From contig OY970218.1 of NCBI GenBank assembly GCA_963713975.1, forward strand, positions 2,368,001 to 2,432,000: a stretch of 64,000 nucleotides of DNA. Reading direction: 5' to 3'. The translations under genes and the position numbers were made by a program. Positions 1-10,175 of the stretch are shown piece after piece. The stretch's first letter is position 1; the number at the start of each line of letters is the position of its first letter. The notes beneath the pieces were generated by a model, which saw only the letters and a list, made by a program, of their open reading frames with translations, was not told the origin of the DNA and ran no database searches. This DNA comes from an uncultured Chloroflexia bacterium. Its GTDB lineage: Bacteria; Chloroflexota; Limnocylindria; Limnocylindrales; CSP1-4.

Positions 1-163
1 GGCGATCGGCAAGTTCTTCCGGGACAACGGCCTGTACGTGATGATCGCCAACAACTCGATCCATACGAACCCGCCGCTGTGCATCAACGAGGAGCAGCTG
101 GCCGAGGGCTTCGACCTGATCGACAAGGCGCTCGACATCGCGGACCAGGCGGTCACCGGCTGA
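1..163 (+). CDS. Class III (PLP-dependent) aminotransferase, C-terminal end (partial)
   Basis: Frame 2 reads AIGKFFRDNGLYVMIANNSIHTNPPLCINEEQLAEGFDLIDKALDIADQAVTG*, a typical class III aminotransferase PPL-x-I tail. Runs off the window start. Confidence 0.7.
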   Translation, partial: AIGKFFRDNGLYVMIANNSIHTNPPLCINEEQLAEGFDLIDKALDIADQAVTG

Positions 164-210
164 ACGAGCTCACGGGTGCGGGCATCCGCACACCAGCCAC
201 GGGGTCAAGC

Positions 211-1014
211 ATGCCGGACGGTGCGCTGCCCGTGATCCGCCTGCGCGGCGTGGCCAAGACGTGGCCCGCCGCGCCCGGTGGAGCCCCCGTCGAGACGCTT
301 CGGGACGTCGACCTCGACATCGCCCCGGGCGAGTTCGTGTCGCTCATCGGCCCATCGGGCTGTGGCAAGTCCACGCTCCTCCGCGCAGTCGCCGACCTCG
401 TCCGTCCGAGCGCGGGCGAGGTGATGGTCAACGGCAAGCTGCCGGGGCAGGCGCGCCTCGACCACGACTACGGCATGGTCTTCCAGGTGCCCGTGCTGTT
501 CGACTGGCGAACGGTGGAGGAGAACGTCCAGCTGCCGCTCGAGGTCCTTGGGCGTCCGGCTGACTGGAGCGCGGACCGGGTTCGGGCGATGCTCGAGCTG
601 GTGGAGCTCGAGGGGTTTGCACGCCACCGGCCGTACGAGCTGTCGGGGGGCATGCAGCAGCGCGTCTCGATCGCGCGCGCGCTGTCGTTCGAGCCCCGCA
701 TCCTGCTGATGGACGAGCCGTTCGGGGCCCTGGACGAGATGACGCGCGAGCGCCTCAACGACGCCGTGCTGCGGATCTGGGAGCGCACGGGCATCACGGT
801 CGTGTTCGTCACCCACTCGATCCCTGAGGCTGTCTACCTCTCCTCGCGGGTCGTGGTGATGAGCGCGCGGCCGGGCCAGATCGTGGGCATCGTGGACGTG
901 GACCTTCCCCGGCCGAGGACGGAGGCGACGCGCGAGACGGGCGTGTTCTTCGACCTCGTCACGGGTGTTCGGGAGCTGCTTCGATCCGGCGGCATGGCTG
1001 ATGGAGACGGCTGA
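211..1014 (+). CDS. NitT/TauT-family ABC transporter ATP-binding protein
   Basis: Walker [18 protein letters not shown], Walker B LLMDEPFGALD, VTHS and C-terminal LPRPR. Start uncertain. Confidence 0.9.
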   Translation: MPDGALPVIRLRGVAKTWPAAPGGAPVETLRDVDLDIAPGEFVSLIGPSGCGKSTLLRAVADLVRPSAGEVMVNGKLPGQARLDHDYGMVFQVPVLFDWRTVEENVQLPLEVLGRPADWSADRVRAMLELVELEGFARHRPYELSGGMQQRVSIARALSFEPRILLMDEPFGALDEMTRERLNDAVLRIWERTGITVVFVTHSIPEAVYLSSRVVVMSARPGQIVGIVDVDLPRPRTEATRETGVFFDLVTGVRELLRSGGMADGDG

Positions 1015-1199
1015 GGCGCCCCGGGAGCGCGACGGTCTCCGCCGCCGAGGTCTTGTGTCGTTGGCCGGCCACCCGAGCGTCTCGGACAGGCCTTGACCAT
1101 TTGACGGATCGGACCGCTCCGGGCGATGGTTGGGCCAGTCGAAAGCGCCGGGTTTGCATCCAGTCCGTCCGTTGCGTTCGCGACAGATCGGATTGCTCG

Positions 1200-1508
1200 A
1201 TGGCCCGCACGTCCTTCCCCCTGCCCGAGACGACCATCGTCGTCTCCACCGACGGCTACTTCGACGTCTACCCGCCCGCCCCTCGCACCAATGGCGACAA
1301 GCCTGCCTACCGCGGCCGCCTCAATGAGCTCGGCGCCGGGATCCGCGGTGTCGACGACCGCCTTGCCGTGCGCCCGTCGTCACCAGCTCTGGCGGAGGCC
1401 GTCATCCTGTGGTCTTCCGCCAACGGCGCCGATGCCCTGCGGGGCTCGATGGGCGGTGGCCGCGATGGCAACGGGGTCGAGGTCGAGGCTGATCCGGCTG
1501 CCAGCTGA
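1200..1508 (+). CDS. Hypothetical protein (~102 aa)
   Basis: MARTSFPLPETTIVVSTDGYFDVY... with GC3-rich codon usage. Upstream promoter-like TTGACG(1101)-N18-GATGGT(1125). Confidence 0.55.
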   Translation: MARTSFPLPETTIVVSTDGYFDVYPPAPRTNGDKPAYRGRLNELGAGIRGVDDRLAVRPSSPALAEAVILWSSANGADALRGSMGGGRDGNGVEVEADPAAS

Positions 1509-1792
1509 TCGTCGATTGTCGCCCGTTGCAGCGGCCGGTGATCGCCCGACGCGATCATCGCCCGCTCAGCGGCGCTTGAACCCCTTGATCGTGATGACGC
1601 CCTTGGCGCCCGCGTCGCCGGCTGGCCGTCGGGGGACCACCCCCGTCCGATGGCTGCGTTCCGGATAAGGAATCGCAAGGACCCGAGGTCTATCACCAAA
1701 CTCTCAGAAACGGATTCCAGCGTGGTTCCTGACAGCCCGTGCTCATCCGCGCCAGCAGGTGTCGGCGCCCCGGGCGAGAGGAAGACGCACGC

Positions 1793-3430
1793 ATGCACGA
1801 TCCGCAGTCCCAGCCGCCGGGCCCGCCCGACGTGCCGAACGTCACGCAGCCGCCCACGCCGCCCGTCCAGACGGAGTCGCCGACCGAGCCCTTCGTGTCG
1901 ACGTGGGCCGCGCCGGCTTCCGCCGAGACCGCACCGGCCGCCGCCGCGCAACCGCCTGCGACCGCCACGCCCGCCGCTTGGGCGCCGCCCCGATTCGCTC
2001 CCCCGGAGCCGCCGGGCGTCACCGGTCCCGCCGGGTCAGCCTACGCCGCCACCGGTACCACGCGCGCGTTCGCTCCGCCCGAGCCGCCCGCCGCCGCGCC
2101 TCGCGCCACCACCGGCCGCCGATCGGGCGGCAGCGGCATGGTCATCGGTGCCGTGCTCGCGACCGCCGTTCTAGCGTCCGGGGGCACCTACATCGCGATG
2201 AACGCCGCCGGCGCGAACCGCGAGATCGCGACTGAGGCGCCGGTCTTCGCCCCGGCCGCGGCAGGCCCGGGAATCCAGCCCACCCAGGCGCCCGTCGCAG
2301 CCGCTCCCGCCACGCCCGGCCCCGTCGCCACGGCCGCGCCCGCGGCGCCGGTCGCTCCCGGCAGCGGACAGGCCTCCGTCGTCGACATCGTCAAGGCCGT
2401 CAGCCCGGCCGTCGTCACGATCGTCGCCGATGGCGTCACCGAGACCGACCCCACCTCCGGCATGTCCGGCACCGGGACGGCCACCGGGTCCGGGGTCATC
2501 TTCGATGCCAACGGCCTGGTCCTCACCAACCGCCACGTCGTCGAGGGCAGCCCCTCGAAGCTCACGGTGCACCTCAAGGACGGCCGGTCCTTCGACGCGA
2601 CCGTGTACGGCGTCGACACCCTCACCGACCTCGCCATCGTCAAGGTCGAGGCGACCGGCCTCCCGACCGCGCCGATCGGCGACTCGTCGTCCATCCAGGT
2701 CGGCCAGCAGGCAATCGCGATCGGCAGCCCGCTCGGCGAGTTCACGGATTCGGTCACGAGCGGGATCATCTCCGGGATGGGCCGCAGCATCGACACGGCC
2801 ACCGGCTCCCTGTCCAACCTCATCCAGACCGACACCGCCATCAACCCCGGCAACAGCGGCGGCCCGCTCCTCGATTCGACCGGCTCGGTGATCGCCATCA
2901 ACACGGCCATCGCCAGCTCCAGCCAGGGCATCGGCTTCGCGATCCCGATCAACATCGCCCGCCCGTTGCTCGCCCAGGCGTCTGCCGGGCAGGCGCTGGC
3001 CCGCCCGTGGCTGGGCCTCATGTTCCGGACGATCACCCCGGCGATCCAGCAGGAGGCCAGCCTCCCGGTGGCCGACGGCGCCTGGATCCCCTCGGCGTCC
3101 GCGCTCTCCGGCCAGGCGGGCGGCGGCCAGGGATCGAACGGGCAGGGGATCAACCCCAACGACCCGTTCAACCAGGATCCCAACGCCCTGGGTGGTGGCT
3201 CCGCGGCCATCGGACAGGTGATCGTGCCCGGCAGTCCCGCCGAGCAGGCCGGGCTCCAGGCCGGCGACATCATCACCGCGCTCAACGGCACGGCGCTCGA
3301 TGGGGCGCACCCGCTCGACCTGGTCCTCAGCCAGAGCGAGCCCGGCCAGGCCGTCACGCTCGACGTGGTCCGGGACGGCCAGACGATCGAGGTGTCCTTG
3401 ACCCTCGGGACCCGCCCCGCCACCCAGTAG
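1793..3430 (+). CDS. HtrA/DegP-like membrane-anchored serine protease with PDZ domain
   Basis: Catalytic triad TNRHV, TDLAI, GNSGG; IQTDTAIN; PDZ (SPAEQAGLQAGDII). Pro/Ala-rich N-terminus and one TM helix. RBS GAGAGG. Confidence 0.92.
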   Translation: MHDPQSQPPGPPDVPNVTQPPTPPVQTESPTEPFVSTWAAPASAETAPAAAAQPPATATPAAWAPPRFAPPEPPGVTGPAGSAYAATGTTRAFAPPEPPAAAPRATTGRRSGGSGMVIGAVLATAVLASGGTYIAMNAAGANREIATEAPVFAPAAAGPGIQPTQAPVAAAPATPGPVATAAPAAPVAPGSGQASVVDIVKAVSPAVVTIVADGVTETDPTSGMSGTGTATGSGVIFDANGLVLTNRHVVEGSPSKLTVHLKDGRSFDATVYGVDTLTDLAIVKVEATGLPTAPIGDSSSIQVGQQAIAIGSPLGEFTDSVTSGIISGMGRSIDTATGSLSNLIQTDTAINPGNSGGPLLDSTGSVIAINTAIASSSQGIGFAIPINIARPLLAQASAGQALARPWLGLMFRTITPAIQQEASLPVADGAWIPSASALSGQAGGGQGSNGQGINPNDPFNQDPNALGGGSAAIGQVIVPGSPAEQAGLQAGDIITALNGTALDGAHPLDLVLSQSEPGQAVTLDVVRDGQTIEVSLTLGTRPATQ

Positions 3431-3515
3431 CACCCAGCCGATCACGCGGTCCGGGGCCGGCACCCGTCGCACGACGGGTCCGGCTCCGGTACCGGTCACC
3501 AAGGAGACCCCGATC

Positions 3516-4592
3516 ATGACCATGCCCGGCGACCACACCTCAGCAGCACCGCTCGCCTCCGTCGCACCGCTCGCACCCGTCGCTCCCGTCGCCCCCGTCG
3601 CGGCACTCGAGCCCGCCGATCCCCGCGTCACCGCGGAGGCGGTCCTGTTCGAGATCCGCCGCGTCATCGTGGGCCAGGACGCGATGCTCGAGCGCATCCT
3701 CGTCGCGCTGCTCGCCGGCGGTCACCTGCTGCTCGAGGGCGTTCCCGGGCTGGCCAAGACACTCACGATCCGGACCCTCGCCGACGCCCTGGACGCCTCG
3801 TTCCGGCGGATCCAGTTCACGCCGGACCTCGTTCCCGGCGACCTCGTCGGCACGCGGATCTACCGGCCCGACTCCGGCACCTTCGACACCGAGCTCGGCC
3901 CCGTGTTCTGCAACTTCCTGCTCGCCGACGAGATCAACCGCGCCCCGGCCAAGGTCCAGTCGGCGCTGCTCGAGGTGATGCAGGAGCGCCAGGTCACCAT
4001 CGGCCAGGAGAGCCACCCGGTCCCGAAGCCGTTCCTGGTGATGGCGACGCAGAACCCGATCGAGTCCGAGGGCACCTACCCGCTGCCGGAGGCCCAGGTC
4101 GACCGGTTCATGATGAAGGTCGTCGTGGGCTACCCGACCCCCGCCGAGGAGGCGACGGTCGTGGAGCGGTCGCTGCGCCCGGCTCCCGAGGTCCGGACCG
4201 TGCTCACCGCGGACGGCCTCGCCCAGCTGCAGGCCGCCACGCCGCGGATCTACGTCGACCCGGCGATCACGGCCTACGCGGTCTCGCTGGTGACGGCGAC
4301 CCGGGACCCCGGCCGCGTTGGCCTGCCCAACCTCAAGCCGTACATCGCGTTCGGGGCCAGCCCGCGCGGCTCGATCAACCTGATCCACGCTGCCCGCGCC
4401 CTGGCCGTGATCCGGGGACGCCGGTACGTCCTCCCGAGCGATGTCGCCGAGCTGGCTCCCGACGTGCTCCGTCACCGGCTGGTGCCGAGCTTCACCGCGC
4501 TGGCCGAGGAGGTCTCCACGGACAGCCTGCTCGCCTCGATCCTGCCGGCCGTCCCGGCGCCGCGCCAGATCACCGAGGAGCGCAGCGCATGA
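3516..4592 (+). CDS. moxR: MoxR-family AAA+ ATPase
   Basis: HLLLEGVPGLAKT, RIQFTPDL, LADEINRAPAKVQSALLEVMQE, ATQNPIESEGTYPLPEAQVDRF, GASPR. RBS AAGGAG. Confidence 0.95.
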   Translation: MTMPGDHTSAAPLASVAPLAPVAPVAPVAALEPADPRVTAEAVLFEIRRVIVGQDAMLERILVALLAGGHLLLEGVPGLAKTLTIRTLADALDASFRRIQFTPDLVPGDLVGTRIYRPDSGTFDTELGPVFCNFLLADEINRAPAKVQSALLEVMQERQVTIGQESHPVPKPFLVMATQNPIESEGTYPLPEAQVDRFMMKVVVGYPTPAEEATVVERSLRPAPEVRTVLTADGLAQLQAATPRIYVDPAITAYAVSLVTATRDPGRVGLPNLKPYIAFGASPRGSINLIHAARALAVIRGRRYVLPSDVAELAPDVLRHRLVPSFTALAEEVSTDSLLASILPAVPAPRQITEERSA

Positions 4593-5527
4593 CGGCTCCT
4601 GTGCTGCACGCCCTGGCGCCGCAGCGCACCCCCGCGCAGCCGGGGCCCGGGCCCACGCCCGAGGCACTCCTGCGCGCCCTCGACGTCACGATCGGGCGCC
4701 GGATCCGCGGGCTGGTGCCCGGCGAGTTCCGGGCCCATGAGCTGGGCGGCGGCACGGAGCTGGCACAGGTCCGCCCGTACGAGCCCGGTGACGACGTACG
4801 CCGCATCGACTGGAACGTGACGGCCCGGATGCCGATGCCCCACGTCCGCGTCCACGTCCCGGAGCGCTCGCTCACGACGTGGCTGGTGCTCGACGAGTCG
4901 GCCTCGATGACCTTCGGGACGGCGGACCGCCGCAAGGCGGATGTCGCGGAGGGCGTGGCGTTGGCCATCGGCCACCTGTCCACCCGGCACGGGAACCGCC
5001 TCGGCGTCCTGGCATTCGGCGGTCCCACGGACCGGCGCACGGCACCGCGCGGGGGCCGGGCTGGCCTCCTGGCCTCCCTCTCGGCGCGCCCCGCCGGCAC
5101 CGGGACCGACCTCCAGGCCGGGACCTCGCCTGCGGCCGCGCTGCGCTTCCTTGCCGGCAGCGATGCCCGCGGTGGCCTCGTCGTCGTGGTCTCCGACTTC
5201 CGCGGCCCGCGGGACTGGCTGCCGCTGCTCGCCGCGGTCGCGGCCCGGCACCAGCTGCTGACGATCGAGATCCGCGACCCGCGCGAGGATGACCTTCCCG
5301 ACGTCGGCGAGCTGACCCTGGTCGACGCGGAGACAGGCCGCGAGGTCCGTGTCGACACGTCGTCCCGGCGCCTGCGTGAGCGATTTGCCGCCGCCGCCGC
5401 CGAGGAGCGAACGGCCCTGACCCAGGAGCTCCGGCGTCTCGGGGCCCGACACATCGTCCTGTCCACGTCGGGCGAGTGGCTCCGGTCCCTCGCCGTCCAA
5501 CTGCGTACCCGGGGAGCCCTGGCATGA
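4589..5527 (+). CDS. DUF58 (VWA-like) protein
   Basis: RPYEPGDDVRRIDWNVTAR, LDESASM, VVSDF. ATGA overlap with moxR. Confidence 0.92.
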   Translation: MTAPVLHALAPQRTPAQPGPGPTPEALLRALDVTIGRRIRGLVPGEFRAHELGGGTELAQVRPYEPGDDVRRIDWNVTARMPMPHVRVHVPERSLTTWLVLDESASMTFGTADRRKADVAEGVALAIGHLSTRHGNRLGVLAFGGPTDRRTAPRGGRAGLLASLSARPAGTGTDLQAGTSPAAALRFLAGSDARGGLVVVVSDFRGPRDWLPLLAAVAARHQLLTIEIRDPREDDLPDVGELTLVDAETGREVRVDTSSRRLRERFAAAAAEERTALTQELRRLGARHIVLSTSGEWLRSLAVQLRTRGALA

Positions 5528-6558
5528 CCTTCTCGTCCCCCGAGCTCCTGCTCGCCCTCCTGCTCGTCCCGGTCTTTCTGGGCCTGTACCTGCTCGTCCA
5601 GCGCCGCCGGACGCGGTACGTGGTGCGGTTCACCAACGTCGCCCTGCTGGAGAACCTCGCTCCCCGCACGCCCTCGTGGCGGCGGCACGTGCCCACCGCC
5701 CTGTACCTGGTGGCGATCGCGGCCCTCGGTGTCGCCCTGGCGCGTCCCTCGATGACTCTCGCCGTCCCGCGCGAGGAGGCGACGGTGATGCTGGCGATGG
5801 ACACGTCGCGTTCGATGCTGGCCACCGATGTCGATCCGGACCGCCTCGCCTCGGCCAAGGCGGCCGCGTCGTCGTTCATCGACGGCCTGCCGGACGGGTT
5901 CCGGGTGGGCCTGGTGGCCTTCTCGACGGAGGCACGGCTCGTGGTCCCTCCGACGACGGACCGGGCCCAGCTCCAGGCTGCGCTCCAGGGCCTGCGCGCC
6001 GACGGCGGTACCGCCCTGGGTGACGCGATCGCCCTGGCGGTCGACACTGCCGGCGTCGCCTCCGCCGTCGCCGCGCATCCGGCGGTCGACCCGCTGGCAC
6101 CGTCCCCTGCGCCGACGCCGTCGCCATCGGGGATTGCCGACACGCAGGGAGCCCCGCTCGTCGCCACCGTCCTGCTGAGCGACGGCAAGAACTCCACGGG
6201 CCAGCTGGAGCCGCTGGACGCTGCCGCGGATGCGGCCGCCCAGGGCGTTCCCGTCTACACGATCGCCCTCGGGACCGCCGCCGGCACCGTCGACGTCCCG
6301 AACGGGATGGGCGGCACGCAAACCCTCGAGGTCCCGCCGGACACGCAGACCCTCAAGGAGGTCGCCAGCGCCACCGGGGCGCGCTTCTTCGAGGCGCCGA
6401 CGTCCGCGGACCTGGCCGCGATCTACGAGAGCCTTGGCTCCAGGGTGGGCTTCACGACCCAGGAGCAGGAGGTCACCCAGTGGTTTGCCGCTGGCGCGCT
6501 CGTCCTGGTGCTCGCCGGAGCGGGCTTCGCGGCCCTCTGGTTCAACCGCATCCCCTGA
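5524..6558 (+). CDS. Membrane-anchored VWA domain protein (BatA/Rv1481-like)
   Basis: N-terminal BatA-like TM segment, MIDAS DTSRS, GGTALG, LLSDG and a C-terminal TM helix. ATGA overlap with DUF58. Confidence 0.9.
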   Translation: MTFSSPELLLALLLVPVFLGLYLLVQRRRTRYVVRFTNVALLENLAPRTPSWRRHVPTALYLVAIAALGVALARPSMTLAVPREEATVMLAMDTSRSMLATDVDPDRLASAKAAASSFIDGLPDGFRVGLVAFSTEARLVVPPTTDRAQLQAALQGLRADGGTALGDAIALAVDTAGVASAVAAHPAVDPLAPSPAPTPSPSGIADTQGAPLVATVLLSDGKNSTGQLEPLDAAADAAAQGVPVYTIALGTAAGTVDVPNGMGGTQTLEVPPDTQTLKEVASATGARFFEAPTSADLAAIYESLGSRVGFTTQEQEVTQWFAAGALVLVLAGAGFAALWFNRIP

Positions 6559-6614
6559 CCGGGCGGCCCCTCGCCCGGTTCAAGCCCCAAGACGCGGCCC
6601 GACCCGGCGCCTGA

Positions 6615-6806
6615 TCAGCGCCGGGTCTGCCGTCGCCGTTCGAGGATCAGGACGGCCACGGCCACTGCGATCAGCACGCCCCCGACCACCGCCCAAAACG
6701 GGCTGCCGGTCATCACGCTGCCACCGATGGCGCCGAGACCCTGGCCCAGCCACACGAGGCCGACAAGGGCGGCCAGGACGGCCACTACCAGTCGGGACAG
6801 GCGCAT
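6615..6806 (-). CDS. Small two-TM membrane protein (63 aa)
   Basis: MRLSRLVVAVLAALVGLVWLGQGLG...GSVMTGSPFW..., preceded by strong RBS AGGAGG. Last gene of the exporter operon. Confidence 0.75.
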   Translation of the reverse strand: MRLSRLVVAVLAALVGLVWLGQGLGAIGGSVMTGSPFWAVVGGVLIAVAVAVLILERRRQTRR

Positions 6807-6820
6807 ATCGTCCCCTCCTG

Positions 6821-8017
6821 CTACTCGTACCGCAGGGCCGCGATGGGATCGAGGCTCGCGGCCTGTCGGGCGGGCCAGACGCCGAAGATCACGCCCACCG
6901 CCAGCGAGAACCCTACCGCCAGCAGGATGGTGGTGACGCTGATGCTGAGCCCCCAGCCCGCCAGCGACCCGACCAGGGCGGAGATCGCGACACCGAACGC
7001 GATTCCCAGCAGCCCGCCGGCGACCGACAGGACCAGGGCCTCGATCAGGAACTGGGCCATGATGTCGCGCCCGCGGGCCCCGATCGCCTTGCGGATCCCG
7101 ATCTCGCGCGTCCGCTCTCGGACCGAGACCAGCATGATGTTCATGATTCCGATGCCGCCCACGAGCAGGCTGATCGACGCGATGCCGGCCAGGAGCAGCG
7201 ACAGGAAGCCGGTGATCGTCCCGAACGCCGACAGCAGCTGAGCCTGGTCGACGACGGTGAAGTCGTTCGGGGTCCCATCCGCGATCCCGTGGCGCGCGCG
7301 CAGCAGCTCCGTGACCTGGAACTTGACCAGTGGGATCTGGTCCGCGTGATCCGTGGAGACGGACAGGGACTGGACCGAGTTGCCGGCGACGAAGTAGTCG
7401 CGTAGCGCCGACAGCGGGACCAGGACCTGGTCGTCCAGGATGCCCTTGGGCTGGAGGATCCCGATCACGCGGAACGGGACGCCGCCGACGTTGATATCGG
7501 TGCCCACCGCATCGGCGCCGAGCTGGAGGGCATCGGCGGTCGCGGAGCCGATCACCGCGACGCGCAACCCGGCCCGGTACTCCGGCTCGGACACGAACGA
7601 CCCGTGCCAGATCTCGTACGCGCGTACGGGCATGAACTCGGGCGTGATGCCGGACACCGTGGTCGTGGTGTTGGCGTCGCCGGCCACGACGACCGCCCCC
7701 GTCGAGACCTGGGGGGCGACCTCGGCGACGCCCTCGATGTTCGCGATGGCCTCGCCGTCGGCGATCGTCAGCGTGTCCACGGACCCGGCCGCGCCGCGGA
7801 CGAACCCGAAGGTGCTGGCGCCGGGGCTGATGCTGAGCAGGTTCGTCCCCAGGCCCTCGATGAGGTTCGTGATCCCGGAGGTCGCACCCTGGGCGACCGA
7901 GACCAGCGCGACGATCGAGCCCACGCCGATGATCACGCCCAACATCGTCAGCAGCGCCCGCAGCCGGGCGGCGGCCAATCGCGAGATGGCGAGGGGAACG
8001 AGCTCGGCCCAGTTCAC
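6821..8017 (-). CDS. MacB/FtsX-type ABC permease
   Basis: LTMLGVIIGV, GGIGIMNIMLVSVRERTREIGIRKAIGA, QFLIEA, PIAALRYE. Confidence 0.95.
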   Translation of the reverse strand: MNWAELVPLAISRLAAARLRALLTMLGVIIGVGSIVALVSVAQGATSGITNLIEGLGTNLLSISPGASTFGFVRGAAGSVDTLTIADGEAIANIEGVAEVAPQVSTGAVVVAGDANTTTTVSGITPEFMPVRAYEIWHGSFVSEPEYRAGLRVAVIGSATADALQLGADAVGTDINVGGVPFRVIGILQPKGILDDQVLVPLSALRDYFVAGNSVQSLSVSTDHADQIPLVKFQVTELLRARHGIADGTPNDFTVVDQAQLLSAFGTITGFLSLLLAGIASISLLVGGIGIMNIMLVSVRERTREIGIRKAIGARGRDIMAQFLIEALVLSVAGGLLGIAFGVAISALVGSLAGWGLSISVTTILLAVGFSLAVGVIFGVWPARQAASLDPIAALRYE

Positions 8018-8700
8018 GCGGAGAGCCGTCCATCGCGGACATGGACGCCGCGCTTGGCGGCGACCGCGACATCGCTGTCGTGGGTGATCAGGACGATCGT
8101 CGTCCCGGTGTCGTTGAGCTCGTGGAGCAGGTCGAGCACGTCCGTACCCGACGCCGAGTCAAGGTTCCCGGTGGGCTCGTCGGCCAGGATGATCGCCGGC
8201 CGGCTGACCAGCGCCCTGGCGATCGCCACGCGCTGCTGCTGGCCACCGGACAGCTCCGAGGGTTCGTGGGTCACGCGGTCCTCGAGCCCGAGCCGCACGA
8301 GGGCCTCGTGGGCGCGCAGGGTGCGCTCGGCCCGCCCCACGCCCGCGTACAGCAGGGGCATGGCCACGTTCTCGAGCGCCGTCGTCCGCGGCAGCAGGTT
8401 GAACGACTGGAACACGAACCCGATCGTCCGGTTCCGGACACGCGCGAGCTCGTCGTCTCCGAGGGCCGCCACGTCTGTCCCGGCCAGCCGGTAGGTGCCC
8501 GTGGTGGGCCGGTCGAGGCACCCGAGCAGGTGCATCAGCGTGGACTTGCCGGACCCCGACGGACCGACGATCGCGAGGAAGTCCCCGGGAACGACGTCGA
8601 GGTCCACCCCGACCAGCGCCTCCACCTGGAGCCGGCCGGAGCTATAGGTCTTGCCGATGCCGCGCATCTCGATGACCGGCGCGACGGGCTGCTCGGTCAA
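8014..8700 (-). CDS. LolD/MacB-type ABC ATP-binding protein
   Basis: [38 protein letters not shown]. Confidence 0.95.
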   Translation of the reverse strand: MTEQPVAPVIEMRGIGKTYSSGRLQVEALVGVDLDVVPGDFLAIVGPSGSGKSTLMHLLGCLDRPTTGTYRLAGTDVAALGDDELARVRNRTIGFVFQSFNLLPRTTALENVAMPLLYAGVGRAERTLRAHEALVRLGLEDRVTHEPSELSGGQQQRVAIARALVSRPAIILADEPTGNLDSASGTDVLDLLHELNDTGTTIVLITHDSDVAVAAKRGVHVRDGRLSA

Positions 8701-10175
8701 GGCTGGGAGCCCCCGCCGCCTGCGCCCGTTCCACTGGCCCCGCCGCCGGGACCCGTCGGGAAGGTCGTGACGAGGTCCTTGGCGGACGCCGTCCCCGTCA
8801 CCACCACGGTGCCCGCGCTGATGCCCGACTTGATCTCGGCCAGCGACGCCGTGAGCAGCCCGACCTCGACCGGCACCGTCCGTACCCGGTCCGTGCCGTC
8901 CAGCACCTGGACCGTGTAGGCGCCCGGCTCGCCGCCGATGGCCGTCACCGGAACCGCGAGCACGGACGGTGCTCTGGCGGTGGTGACGTCCACATCCGCG
9001 GTCATGCTGGGGGCCACGCCGTCCGGCGGGGCGTCGAGCGCGATCACGATGGCGTAGTTGACGACCCCCGAGGCGCTCTTGGTGGCGCCGGCGACGTCGA
9101 TCGAGTCAACGGTGCCGTTCACGGTCGTGTCGAGCGCCGGGATCGTCACCTCGGCGGGTTGGCCGAGCTGGACCGATGGCAGGTTGCTCTCGGTGATCGA
9201 GGCGGCCACCTCGACGTCGGTTCCCCGCATCAGGATCGCGATGCCCGTCGCCGAATCCCCGGGCTTGATGGCGACCGATGAGATCACGCCGCCGATTGGT
9301 GCCGTGAGGGTGGCAAGCTCGAGCGTCCTCTCCGCGTCGCCAACCGCCTGCTCGGCCTGGGCCACGGCCGCCCGGCCCGCGGCGACGGCGGCATCGGTGT
9401 CGACCGTGGTCGCCCCGTCGAAGGCGAGCTGCGCCGACTTGACCCCCAGCCTGGCGGCGGCCACCTGGCTTGCCGCCTGGGCATTCGCGGAAGCGGCCTG
9501 GCGCCTCGCGCTGGCCAGCGCACGCGACGCCTGCTTGACGGCTGTGGTGTCGGCGGCGATGACCGAGGCCGGCGCCCCTGCCTTGCGGTCCTTCGTGCGC
9601 TGCTTCTTCGCGTCCGAGAGCGCCGCCGAGGCCTGCGAGATGGCGAGCCGTCCCGAGGCCGCGGTCTGGGACTGCGCGCTGCGAGCCTGGCTGAGCTGGC
9701 TGTCGGCCTGCGTGATCCCGAGCTTGGCCTTGGCCTTCGCGGTCTTCGTGACGGGGCTCTCGTCGGTCTTCAGCTTCGCGGCCGCCGAGGCGAGGTTCGC
9801 CTTGGCCACGACCAGCGCCAGCTCCGCATCCTCGGTGTCGGCGGTCGCGAGGACGTCGCCGGCCTTTACGGCCTGGCCCGCCTCGACATCGACCGTAGCG
9901 ACCGTCCACAGCTTGCCGGTTGGATTGTCCGCGGCGGTGGACGCCGCCTTGGGCGACCGGACCGGCTCCTTGCCGAAGGCGAGGCCGTAGCTGTCCACCG
10001 GCTGGATGGAGCCGCTCACCGAGACGGTGTCGCGCACGTCCGTCACGGCCGCGCTCGCGGTCACGTAGGTGACCTCGGGCGTCTGGCCGCCCAGCGACCG
10101 GCCGATCGTCGCGATGCCGACGACGGCGATGCCGACGACCACCACGCCCCCGATGGCGACTGCTCGCTTGTTCAT
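8697..10175 (-). CDS. Periplasmic adaptor (MacA/HlyD-like membrane fusion protein)
   Basis: N-terminal TM, lipoyl halves (VEAGQAVKAGDVLA; LTAPIGGVI), long Ala/Lys coiled coil, VLAVPVTAI. Confidence 0.9.
   Translation of the reverse strand: MNKRAVAIGGVVVVGIAVVGIATIGRSLGGQTPEVTYVTASAAVTDVRDTVSVSGSIQPVDSYGLAFGKEPVRSPKAASTAADNPTGKLWTVATVDVEAGQAVKAGDVLATADTEDAELALVVAKANLASAAAKLKTDESPVTKTAKAKAKLGITQADSQLSQARSAQSQTAASGRLAISQASAALSDAKKQRTKDRKAGAPASVIAADTTAVKQASRALASARRQAASANAQAASQVAAARLGVKSAQLAFDGATTVDTDAAVAAGRAAVAQAEQAVGDAERTLELATLTAPIGGVISSVAIKPGDSATGIAILMRGTDVEVAASITESNLPSVQLGQPAEVTIPALDTTVNGTVDSIDVAGATKSASGVVNYAIVIALDAPPDGVAPSMTADVDVTTARAPSVLAVPVTAIGGEPGAYTVQVLDGTDRVRTVPVEVGLLTASLAEIKSGISAGTVVVTGTASAKDLVTTFPTGPGGGASGTGAGGGGSQP

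Noticed and set aside
1700-1736. MprA-like TCTCAG box upstream of htrA
   Set aside because: Only one good hexamer; the other CAG units are not in 11-bp phase.
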